Part shown: one piece after another, positions 32,000-40,614 of the stretch
Layout: each line of letters opens with the position of its first letter
Position numbering within the stretch: the first letter of the stretch is position 1
Assembly: GCF_000372725.1 (NCBI RefSeq)
Contig: NW_005201092.1
Coordinates: 718,564-759,177 of the forward strand
Reading direction: 5' to 3'
Source: Emiliania huxleyi CCMP1516
Lineage: Eukaryota
Length of the DNA stretch: 40,614 nucleotides
The notes under the pieces: generated by a model
What the model saw: the letters and a program-made list of their open reading frames with translations, nothing else
The model's database searches: none
What the model was told of the DNA's origin: nothing
Translations under genes and position numbers: made by a program

Positions 32000-34940
32000 C
32001 TGATAGTAGCCGGCGGGGCAAAGCGCGCAGACGTCGTTGCGCGGGCCGGCCGCGACGGTACCAGACCTGCACGGCGTCGGCTCCAAGCTGCCTACGGCGC
32101 AGGCGTAGCCCGGCGGGCAGTCCGCGCAGTCGCCTGCCGACGTGAGATTGGTGGCATTCGAGAATGTCCCGGCTTCGCAAGGAAACGGAATGCTGGTCCC
32201 GGGCGGGCAGAAGTGGCCGCTGGTACACGAAAGCGGCTCGAGCGTCGATTCGTGAGGGCAGTACGTCCCCGCGGGGCAGGGGCCGGCGCAAGCGCTACTC
32301 GACTGCTCTTCGAGGTCGTCAGAGCCGAGGAGACCAGCGGCGCAGGCGAAGGGGAAGTCCTGCTCGACGGGCGACGCGGGGAGCTCGTAGAGACGCTGGC
32401 CGAGGAGGCTCGGGTCGCCGCCGCGCGCGTCGTCCCAATTGCAGGGCTGCACAAACGTCGGCGCTTGGCAGTACCAACCCTTTGGAGGCTCGTAGGTGAG
32501 CGAGCAGTCGTCTCGGTGGGCCAGACAAGCAGACTGCTGCGCCGCCTGGTACTTTGGGTGGTATGTGCAGGCCGCGCGGAAGATTTCGCAGCGGCCGTTT
32601 GGCAGCCAGCGGCCAGTCGGGGCGGGGAGAGCATAGGAGACTTCGCCCTTGAGGGAGAGAGCGCGCCCCTCCGGGGCGGCGCAGCCGTGGACGAGGGTGC
32701 CGTTGCTCAGAGTGGTGCGGCCGGACGCAGAGTAGAGGCCGCCTCCAGAGCTCGTTGCAACGCAGTTCGAGATGGATGAGCGGGCAAGGGAGAGGCCGTC
32801 CGCCATGGTGTACACGCCGCCGCCCAGCGCGGCGATGTTGTCGCGGGCCGTGCAGTCCACCAGCGCAACGGTCGACGGCACGCAACTCGTCCGGCTTCGG
32901 TTCCGGTTGCAGAGGGCGTTGGAGTGGACGTTCCAGGACGGCGCGATCATGATCCCTCCGCCCATGGAGCCGGTGTCGTTGGCCGCGTTGCCGTAGATCT
33001 CACAGCGTCGCAGGATCACGTCGCCCTGGATGTGGTGGATCTTGATGCCCGCCCCATTTGCCAGACCGAGGTCCACGGCCGCGTTGCTCTGACTCGACGG
33101 TAAGTAGCCCCCCGTGATCTTCAGCCCGATGAGCTCGACCGTGTCGCGCGTGCTGGAGGTGTAGGGGCTACGGCCGAGCGTATTGGTACGCCCAAAGTCG
33201 ATAAAGATGGCGCGGCGCCCACCGGGTCCTGCAGACGCGCCGCGTGCATCAATCACCGCCGTGCCCGGCACCTGCGCTTCGAGGACGAGGCCGCGGAAGA
33301 TGCACAGCGCGGAGTGTTGGCCCTCCTCGGTAAGCGTCGCTATGCCATTGAATGATGAGGTGCAGTTCGCACTCGTGTCAAAGGCGTACGTTCCTGGTTC
33401 GAGAACAATGCGGGTGGCCGTCACGTCTTCGACTGCCAAACGGAGCTCCTCGCTCGAACTGACAACTCGTGTCGGCGGCGGAGGCGAGGGCGGCGGCGGC
33501 GGCGATACAGGTGGCGAGGGCGGTGGCAACGGCGGCGGCGGTGAGGGTGGTGGCGGGGAAGGCGGCGGTGCCGAGGGCGGAGGTGGAGAGGGAGGCGGCG
33601 GCGGCGAGGGTGGCGGAGGCGGCGGCGGCGAGGGTGGCGGGGCGAAAGGCGGCGGTAAGGGCGGCGGAGGCGGCGGCGATGCAGGCGGCGGTGGAGGCGA
33701 GGGGGGTGGTGACATCGGTGGCGGGGGCGGCAGAGGGGAGGGCGGCGGCGCCGAGGGCGGCGGCGGAGAGGGTGGCGGCGATGTCGGCGGGGGCGGGGGC
33801 GGCGGGGAAGGCGGTGGTGCCGAAGGCGGTGGTGGCGAGGGAGGCGGCAACCGGGGTGGCGGTGGCGGAGCTTGTGGCACGCCCTCTGGAACTGCGGGCG
33901 GGAAGGACGGCGGCGGAGGCGAAGGTGGAGGAACCGGTGGCGGCGGGGAAGGCGGCGGCGGGGAGGGCAGCGGCGGTCGCGGTGGCGGCGGGGAGGGAGG
34001 CGGCGGAGAGGGAGGCGTAGGTGGTGCGGGCGGCGGTGGCGAGGGTGGCGGTGGCGGCGGCGGCGGCGGGGTGGGCGGCGGCGGGGAGGGCGGCGGAGGG
34101 GAGGGCGGCGGTGACATCGGTGGCGGTGGGGAAGGCGGTGGTAGCGATGGCGGCAGCAAGGGCGGAGGCGGGCTGGGGTGCGGAGGAGAAGGCGGCGGCG
34201 GCGACGGCGGCGGCGACGCGAAGTTGCGCTCGTAGCAGTGGGCGGACCACGTCGCGTAGCCAACTTTGGAGAAATCCGGAACGCAAGCATCGCAGCCAAT
34301 GTTGCCCCAGTTTTGGTCGCAGCCATCATCACCTTGGGGGCTGGCGTAAGTGAGTTGCTGGGCCGCCCTGCAGTCCTCCACATCCTTAAAGTGGAGCCAA
34401 CACACAAATCGAGTAAGGTGGAATGTCGTTGCGCCGCACGCGTCGCTGCGGCTGCACAGCTCCTGGCACGCCCCGGCTGCGCTGCCCGTCTCTTCGATAA
34501 ACCACCCCTGGCACTCGCCGTCGGTTTCGAGCTTGACGTACCAGATCGGTGGGAGTGGCGGCGGCGAGGGCGGTGGAGGTGACGGCGGTGGAGGTGAGGG
34601 AGGAGGCGGGCTCGGTGGCGGCGGGGACGGAGGTGGTGGCGAAGGCGGCGGGCTCGGCGGCGGTGGGGAGGGCGGCGGCGGCGAGGGCGGGGGTGGCGAG
34701 GGCGGCGGTGGGGAGGGCGGAGGCGGCGAGGGTGGGGGTGGCGACGGAGGGGGCGGGGAGGGCGGCGGCGGTGAGGGGGGCGGCGGGCTCGGCGGAGGTG
34801 GGGACGGAGGAGGTGGCGAGGGCGGAGGCGACTCAGAGGAGAGGGTGCAGCTCTGCAGCGCGACGCGGCTCTGCCCAACGAGCGACGACTGCACGAAGAT
34901 CGCGCGCTTGTCTGCGACGGTGTAGTCGCCCACCACGTAG
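32000..34940 (-). CDS. giant receptor, middle segment: SPPPP stalks, PAN/apple domain, right-handed beta-helix, start of Cys-rich repeats
   Basis: SAAGACQELCSRSDACGATTF (PAN); RIVLEPGTY, NGAGI, MGGGI, LGGGVY, SGGGLY (pectin-lyase/PMP-like repeats). Phase-0 GT-AG intron 31864-31999 joins CPAGYYQ|DQPANETCIRC. Confidence 0.85.
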
Positions 34941-35040
34941 NNNNNNNNNNNNNNNNNNNNNNNNNNNNNNNNNNNNNNNNNNNNNNNNNNNNNNNNNNNN
35001 NNNNNNNNNNNNNNNNNNNNNNNNNNNNNNNNNNNNNNNN
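34941..35040. other. assembly gap (100 N) whose flanks duplicate each other
   Basis: About 34815-34940 repeats about 35285-35409 almost exactly. Confidence 0.95.
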
Positions 35041-35135
35041 CCTCTTGTCGTATTTGTTGTTTTGGTATCTTTTTTCGTGGCGGTTGTGGTTATGGTGGCG
35101 TCGGTCTTGGCGGAGGTGGGGATGGAGGAGGTGTG

Positions 35136-38100
35136 CTATGGCGGAGGCGGCGAGGGCGGAGGCGGCGACGGGGACGGCGGGCTGGGAGGCGGCGGCGAGG
35201 GCGGAGGAGGCGAGGGCGGAGGAGGCGAGGGCGGCGGCGGGCTGGGCGGGGGAGGCGAGGGAGGAGGCGGGGACGGCGGCGGCGGCGAGGGCGGAGGCGA
35301 CTCAAAGGAGAGGGTGCAGCTCTGCAGCGCGACGCGGCTCTGCCCAACGAGCGACGACTGCACGAAGATCGCGCGCTTGTCTGCGACGGTGTAGTCGCCC
35401 ACCACGTAGGCGAGCGAGATCGTCGCCCCTTCGACCCAGCCGCCTTGCGGCTGCGCGCGCAGCTCACGCCCGCCGTCGCCGTCCTCCGACAGCGCAAAGT
35501 AATACGTCGAGTTATCGGGCGGCGTGCTGTCCGAGAGCGCCGAGCCGCGTCTCAGATGCCACGTCACTGGTTGCGCGTAGGCTACCTCGACCGCGACTGC
35601 CACCCCGCCAAGCGCCGACTGTCCCGCCGAGTAGGACGTCGCCGTCACCACCAGCGGCTCGGAGGCGCTTATCGGGCAGGCGAGCGCACCAAAGACCGGG
35701 TAAGCTGTCGAGCCGGCGTAGGCGCGCGCCGCATACAGCACATCGCCCGCGTTTGCGTAAGATCCGTCGCGGTTCGCGTCAAGCCAAAGCCGCTGGTTGG
35801 CACTGAAGCTGTCCAGGTCGATGGTGTCGGGCGCCTTGAAGTAGTTGACCACCGCCGTTATGTCGCCCGTATCCGTCAGCCCGTCGCCGTTCACGTCGCC
35901 GTGCACGTCGCCGTTCAGTCGCCTATGTTGTGTGCGCACCTGTGCACGGCGGCGGCGGGCTGGCGCAACGATGGATTCCCAGTTGGTGGTGAAGGGCAGC
36001 TCAAAGATCGTGCCATCACTCGGGATTGCCTTCGCCGCGCCGCCACAGTTAACCTCAAGAACGAGGCCGACAGCACCGCTGGCGGTTCCATCACGCAGAT
36101 CGAGCGTCACACTGGCCGGGTTGATCAGCGACCAGTCTGTGCCATCGAAGGACCCCTTGACGATGTCGGCGTACACCACCTTTGCCCATGCGTCGTAGCC
36201 CGTTTCCGCGTCAGGCGCATCGTTCGGCTGAGCAACGGTCTGCAACGTACCCTGAAAGGTGCCGCCGTGCGGTGCCCACGTGCTGGTGACCAAGGCGGCG
36301 TCCAGTTGCGCCGATTTATAGAGGAAGAAGGCCGCGATCGTCTCAATCGGTTGTCCACTGCACGCGCTCGAGTAGGTCTCCGACAGGTCCCACCAGAGCT
36401 TGACCTCGAGGCTATCGCCGCCCGGCTGCAATGGCGCTTTGCTCGCCTCGCCGAGGTCGAGCTGACCCGGGGCCGTCGGGTTGACGTACAGCGACACCTC
36501 GTCAACCTCTCCCCCATCGCACGCGTTGGTCACCTCCACCGGCGCCTTGGCCCAGTGGGTGTCAAGCGCTGTGAGCATGCCGTCGGCATCTGCGCTCAGC
36601 AAGGTGGTATACTCTGAGGCGACCGAAAATGTCGCCACGTCGGCGATGGCAGAGAAGCCGAGGTTATCGCGCACGTCGGAGTCGGAGTAGGTGCAACTGA
36701 TGCCCCCCTGCCCCGAGAATGTTGTGTTCACCTCGATCTGGCCCGTTGTGATAAGCGTGGTGGCGACGCTCGGCGAGATGGCACTCAGCGAGAGCGCATC
36801 GTCCGAGATGGCGAGGCTTCGCTGCGCGGCCTCGCCCACCAGCGTCACGCCGAGCGAGGCGGCGCCGCTGCTCGCGCCCTGGTAGATGACGCCCGAAACG
36901 ACCGCGAGGTTGGAGGGGTCGAGCGTCACATCGGAGTGGCTTAGTGTGACGGTACCGCTCAGCGCGTAGCTGGCGAGGTCCGCCTCCAGCTCGTACGCCG
37001 CCGAGAACTGCACGCGTTGCCGCACCACGGGCGAAGCGCAGCCGAGCGTGTAGAGGGTGGTCGCGTCGGAGCTCGAGCACGAGGGCCAAACGGCCGCCGA
37101 GACGGTGAGCGCCTTGGGCCGCGCAATGTACACGGTGGCGGTGGCGTTCTCTTGCCACGCGCCAAGGGTAAAGATGGCGGTGAGACTGACGGATGTGCAG
37201 CCGCCGCCCTCGACCGCCCAGAAGTGCGTCGATGCCGTGAGGTTGGCAGCCGCCGCAACGCAAGCCGGTTCGGACGAGGTGAGCGTCACGCGAGCGTCAC
37301 TGCTCATGTCCTTGTCGCTGCCGTCGCTCATCTGCACGAACGCCGACGAGATGGTGCCCGAGGTCGACGGCCGCGAGGACAGCGCGCCGCTTCTTGCAAA
37401 CGAGCCCGACGGCGCAAGCACGTCCGCCGAGAGCCCCAGTGCTCGCAGCGCGACGGGCGAGGGCAGGTCGAGCTCGAGGGGTGGCGCCACGGCGGGGAGG
37501 ATGCCGTTGCACGCGACGAGCTGCACCGACAGCAGGTCGTCGTAGCACGAGGCGGCGAGCGCGTCCGGCACGATCGAGAGCTCGTGCCGGCCGCCGCTGG
37601 TGAGGCTGTAGGCGAGTGTGTCGGGCGCCAGCACCTCGACCGACAGCTCAGCGTCGTCGAGCATGTGAGCGTCGCCGTTGGCGTAGCGCGCGTAAACATA
37701 CAGGTAGCCCACGTCGGCCTCGCTCGTGAAGCTCTGCGCCGCGCCCGCTGCGTCGAGCGAAGTGACGACGCGGGCCACCAGCTCAGGCGTCACGACGGCG
37801 TCCTCGACAGTCACCGCCACACTCGCGACGTTGCCGTAGGCCGAGATGGTGGCGGAACCTGGGCCGACGCCGAGCACACGCACGGTGTAGCCGTCGTCCC
37901 GCAACACCGCGACGCTCGTGTCGTTGCTCGTGTAATTGCTGAGCCGCGTCACGTCCAGATCGCCGTCGGCGGCCAACCGCAGCGTCGTGGACTGGTAGCT
38001 GCCTCCGCCCGCGCAGCCGATGGCCGACAGGGTGGCGTCCGCAACCGTGAGCGTCACGGTGCTCGGCGAGCGAATCTCGATTGCAATCGCATCGGTCGCG

Positions 38101-40614
38101 GCGCCGCCGCTGCTGCCGACGGTGCGCGTGTCGACGGCGACGCCCGCTGCCGCGGGCGAGGGCGGCGTGTACGCGCAGCTGTCGAGCGGCGGCGTTGCTA
38201 AGGCGTCGGCGGCAGCGCAGCCGACGTTCCTGTCGACGCTCTCGTCGGGGCTGTCGGAGATCGAGTCGAGCTGCACGGTCAGGCTGGGTGCCGGCTGCCC
38301 CAGGCTCGTAAAGTCGTTGACGTACGCCCGGCCGTCGGAGGCGTAAGCGAAGACGCCGACGTGCTGCGTCGTCGCCTTGACCAGCACCTCGGCGCGCGCC
38401 ACGTACGTGTCGCCGCGGCCGACGGAGCTCGCGTACTCGATGTTCGGAGCACCGGAGACTCCGTCGGAGTCCGCGTGCTCCATCGTCTCGACGCCGATCG
38501 CGTGCGTGCCCGCGGCGCAGCGCATCGTGACGGAAAACATGCGCACCGCGGCGCCGCTCACCTTGCCGCTGAAGAAGGTCTGGCCGTATGCGCCAGCGCC
38601 CAGCCCTGTGACCTCTTCCCACGTTGCGAAGGCTGGGTTCTTATACGTGATTGCGGCGTCAGTGACGACGTCGCACGCGTCAGCCGGGAAGACTAGCTTG
38701 AACTTGCCCACATCGACTTGCCGCGCCGCCTCGGTCGCGCCGCCCGTGTGCGTCTTCATATGGATCGACACCTCGAAGGCGCCGCGGCCGTTGCTCGCAC
38801 TTGGGCGGATGAAGACGTCCTCGTAAGGAAGCTCGGCGCCAAAGGCCACGGCCTTGCCGGCGTCCACGTAGACGAGCGCGTCCGCGTCGCCCAGATCCCA
38901 CCCGCCCGCCTGCGACCACGTCGGCTGTCGCTGCGTCGCGACCGTGCCGAAGCTCGCCAGAGCGATCTTATCGCCCGTCGCGGCGGAGGTCCACTCCAGC
39001 GAAAGCGGCACGCTGGTGGCGCTGTCAAAGGCGGCGGCGACGAGCGAGCCGTAGCACTCGCCGACGCCTGAGAGCGCTCCCACGGCGTAGCACGGCACCG
39101 TTTGCACGGTGGCGTCGCCGTCGAGCTGGTACGTCAGCCGGGGCGTGGAGGCGCCGCCCTGCACAGTGTTACCCTCCGCATCGTGGACTTGGTACATGGC
39201 GCGCAGCGTCTGCGGGTAGGCAAGCGATGTGGTGCCGAGGATGGCGCGCACAGTGGCGGCGGGCAACGTCGGCGAGTAGGTGGCGGAGGACAAGTACCAG
39301 GCGGTTACGTCGCCACCGAGCACCCGCGTTTGCACGCTGGAGGCGCGGCCGAGCTCGCCGAAGCTTCCGACTGAGAAGGCGGTGGCGCCGCCGGGCGTAA
39401 ACGTGGAGCGCACAGCGGCGGAAGCGTTGGCATACGCGCGAGAATTGGCGTCGGTGGTGTAGAGTAGGAGGTCCTCCAGCTGCGGGTCACAAGGCGATGG
39501 TGGCGGTGGCGACGGGGGCGGAGGCGACGGAGGGGGCGGCGAGGGCGGCGGTGGCGAGGGCGGCGGCGGCGAGGGAGGAGGCGGCGAGGGCGGCGGAGGC
39601 GATGGCGGTGGAGGCGACGGAGGAGGTGGCGAGGGCGGCGGCGGTGAGGGTGGCGGCGGCGAGGGGGGTGGTGGCGAGGGTTGCGGCAGCGAGGGCGGCG
39701 GAGGTGAGGGCGGTGGCGGGCTCGGCGGAGGCGGGCTGGGCGGCGACGGGGACGGTGGCGGCGGCGAGGGGGGGCGAACGGCCTGGACCAAATCGCCAGA
39801 AGATACGGCACCGGTCAGCGCTGTAGCCAGCGTGATTGGCAGTGCCGCGGTGAGGCTGCGCCTGCCGGAGGGGACTGCGAGACCGACCACCTCGTACTCG
39901 GCCCCGTTCAGGGCGATGAAGTCGCCCACCTTGAGACCTTCGATGTAGCAACTGACGACAATGACGGTGTCGCCGGTGCTGGCGTCCTGCGTCAGAGACA
40001 TTCCTGTCCCTGCCGAGCACTCCCATGTGTCGGACGGCGGTAGTGGCGGAGGCGACGGCGAGGCCGACGGCGGCGGCGGCGAGGGAGGCGGCGGTGAGGG
40101 GGGCGGTGGCGAGGGAGGTGGTGGAGAAGGCGGTGGCGGAGAAGGCGGAGGTGGCGACGGTGGAGGCGGCGAGGGAGGTGGGGGCGAGGGTGGAGGAGGG
40201 CTGGGTGGCGGTGGAGAGGGCGGTGGTGGCGATGGTGGCGGCGGGCTGGGTTGTGGAGGCGAGGGCGGGGGCGGCGAGGGAGGCGGCGGGGAGGGCGGCG
40301 GCGGACTCGGAGGCGGCGGTGAAGGAGGTGGCGGCGAGGGCGGCGGAGGCGAGGGTGGAGGGGGCGATGGCGGCGGCGGGCTTGGAGGAGGCGGCGACGG
40401 CGGTGGTGGAGAAGGTGGTGGAGGCGACGGCGGAGGCGGGCTGGGTGGAGGCGGGCTGGGCGGAGGTGGTGATGGCGGCGGCGGGCTAGGCGGAGGTGGG
40501 CTCGGGGGTGGTGGCGACGGCGGAGGCGGCGAAGGAGGAGGCGGTGACCGCGGAGGGGGCGAGGGTGGCGGAGGTGACGGCGGTGGTGGTGAAGGGGGTG
40601 GTGGTGAAGGAGGA
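35136..40614 (-). CDS. giant receptor, 5' segment (open to window end): SPPPP stalks, TMEM132-like region, cohesin-like domain, dockerin
   Basis: The frame upstream of the ATG at 40001 stays open (...SPPPLPPSDTWECSAGTGM). TVTLTVADATLSAI...YQSTTLR...LDVTRL...VLGVGPGSATI resembles TMEM132 BIG repeats; GDVNGDGLTDTGDI...DANRDG...AGDVL is a dockerin pair. The stop at 35136 lies in degraded contig-end sequence. Confidence 0.8.
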   Translation of the reverse strand, partial: PPSPPPPSPPPPSPPPPSPPPRSPPPPSPPPPSPPPPSPPPPSPPPPSPPPPSPPPPSPPPPSPPPPSPPPPSPPPPSPPPPSPPPPSPPPPSPPPPSPPPPSPPPPSPPPPSPPPPSPPQPSPPPPSPPPPSPPPPSPPPPSPPPPSPPPPSPPPPSPPPPSPPPPSPPPPSPPPPSPPPPSASPSPPPLPPSDTWECSAGTGMSLTQDASTGDTVIVVSCYIEGLKVGDFIALNGAEYEVVGLAVPSGRRSLTAALPITLATALTGAVSSGDLVQAVRPPSPPPPSPSPPSPPPPSPPPPSPPPPSLPQPSPPPPSPPPPSPPPPSPPPPSPPPPSPPPPSPPPPSPPPPSPPPPSPPPPSPPPPSPPPPSPCDPQLEDLLLYTTDANSRAYANASAAVRSTFTPGGATAFSVGSFGELGRASSVQTRVLGGDVTAWYLSSATYSPTLPAATVRAILGTTSLAYPQTLRAMYQVHDAEGNTVQGGASTPRLTYQLDGDATVQTVPCYAVGALSGVGECYGSLVAAAFDSATSVPLSLEWTSAATGDKIALASFGTVATQRQPTWSQAGGWDLGDADALVYVDAGKAVAFGAELPYEDVFIRPSASNGRGAFEVSIHMKTHTGGATEAARQVDVGKFKLVFPADACDVVTDAAITYKNPAFATWEEVTGLGAGAYGQTFFSGKVSGAAVRMFSVTMRCAAGTHAIGVETMEHADSDGVSGAPNIEYASSVGRGDTYVARAEVLVKATTQHVGVFAYASDGRAYVNDFTSLGQPAPSLTVQLDSISDSPDESVDRNVGCAAADALATPPLDSCAYTPPSPAAAGVAVDTRTVGSSGGAATDAIAIEIRSPSTVTLTVADATLSAIGCAGGGSYQSTTLRLAADGDLDVTRLSNYTSNDTSVAVLRDDGYTVRVLGVGPGSATISAYGNVASVAVTVEDAVVTPELVARVVTSLDAAGAAQSFTSEADVGYLYVYARYANGDAHMLDDAELSVEVLAPDTLAYSLTSGGRHELSIVPDALAASCYDDLLSVQLVACNGILPAVAPPLELDLPSPVALRALGLSADVLAPSGSFARSGALSSRPSTSGTISSAFVQMSDGSDKDMSSDARVTLTSSEPACVAAAANLTASTHFWAVEGGGCTSVSLTAIFTLGAWQENATATVYIARPKALTVSAAVWPSCSSSDATTLYTLGCASPVVRQRVQFSAAYELEADLASYALSGTVTLSHSDVTLDPSNLAVVSGVIYQGASSGAASLGVTLVGEAAQRSLAISDDALSLSAISPSVATTLITTGQIEVNTTFSGQGGISCTYSDSDVRDNLGFSAIADVATFSVASEYTTLLSADADGMLTALDTHWAKAPVEVTNACDGGEVDEVSLYVNPTAPGQLDLGEASKAPLQPGGDSLEVKLWWDLSETYSSACSGQPIETIAAFFLYKSAQLDAALVTSTWAPHGGTFQGTLQTVAQPNDAPDAETGYDAWAKVVYADIVKGSFDGTDWSLINPASVTLDLRDGTASGAVGLVLEVNCGGAAKAIPSDGTIFELPFTTNWESIVAPARRRRAQVRTQHRRLNGDVHGDVNGDGLTDTGDITAVVNYFKAPDTIDLDSFSANQRLWLDANRDGSYANAGDVLYAARAYAGSTAYPVFGALACPISASEPLVVTATSYSAGQSALGGVAVAVEVAYAQPVTWHLRRGSALSDSTPPDNSTYYFALSEDGDGGRELRAQPQGGWVEGATISLAYVVGDYTVADKRAIFVQSSLVGQSRVALQSCTLSFESPPPSPPPPSPPPPSPPPPSPPPPSPPPPSPPPPSPPPPSPPSPSPPPPSPPPP

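Noticed and set aside
33183..34925. Gly-rich plus-strand ORFs (GGGEGGG)
   Set aside because: Antisense of the SPPPP coding repeats.
35041..35140. Stop codon and divergent sequence ending the 1621-aa ORF
   Set aside because: Looks like a low-quality contig end next to the gap; not treated as a real terminus.

Overview
High-GC eukaryotic draft-assembly DNA with four N gaps. GC-AG introns, 10-11 bp intronic tandem repeats, SPPPP proteins and an ASAF-type plastid leader point to a haptophyte alga, most likely Emiliania/Gephyrocapsa huxleyi (inference). Recognisable genes are a tRNA-Ala(CGC), a plastid PAP/fibrillin, exosome subunit RRP40 and a nucleotide-diphospho-sugar glycosyltransferase. There are also two PAN/apple-domain proteins and several hypothetical membrane proteins. 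The last 14.3 kb (minus strand, 5'-truncated) appears to be one giant surface-receptor gene of more than 4,500 aa. Its order is: SPPPP stalks, TMEM132-like region, cohesin-like domain, polybasic RRL site, dockerin, PAN, beta-helix, Cys-rich repeats, about 9 TM helices with a DxDxDG loop, and tandem TIR-like domains. A second notable pattern is a gene (17597-20461) in which six introns carry a copy of the start of the next exon plus filler DNA, one filler being telomere-like. All domain calls are by-eye motif recognition; no searches were run.
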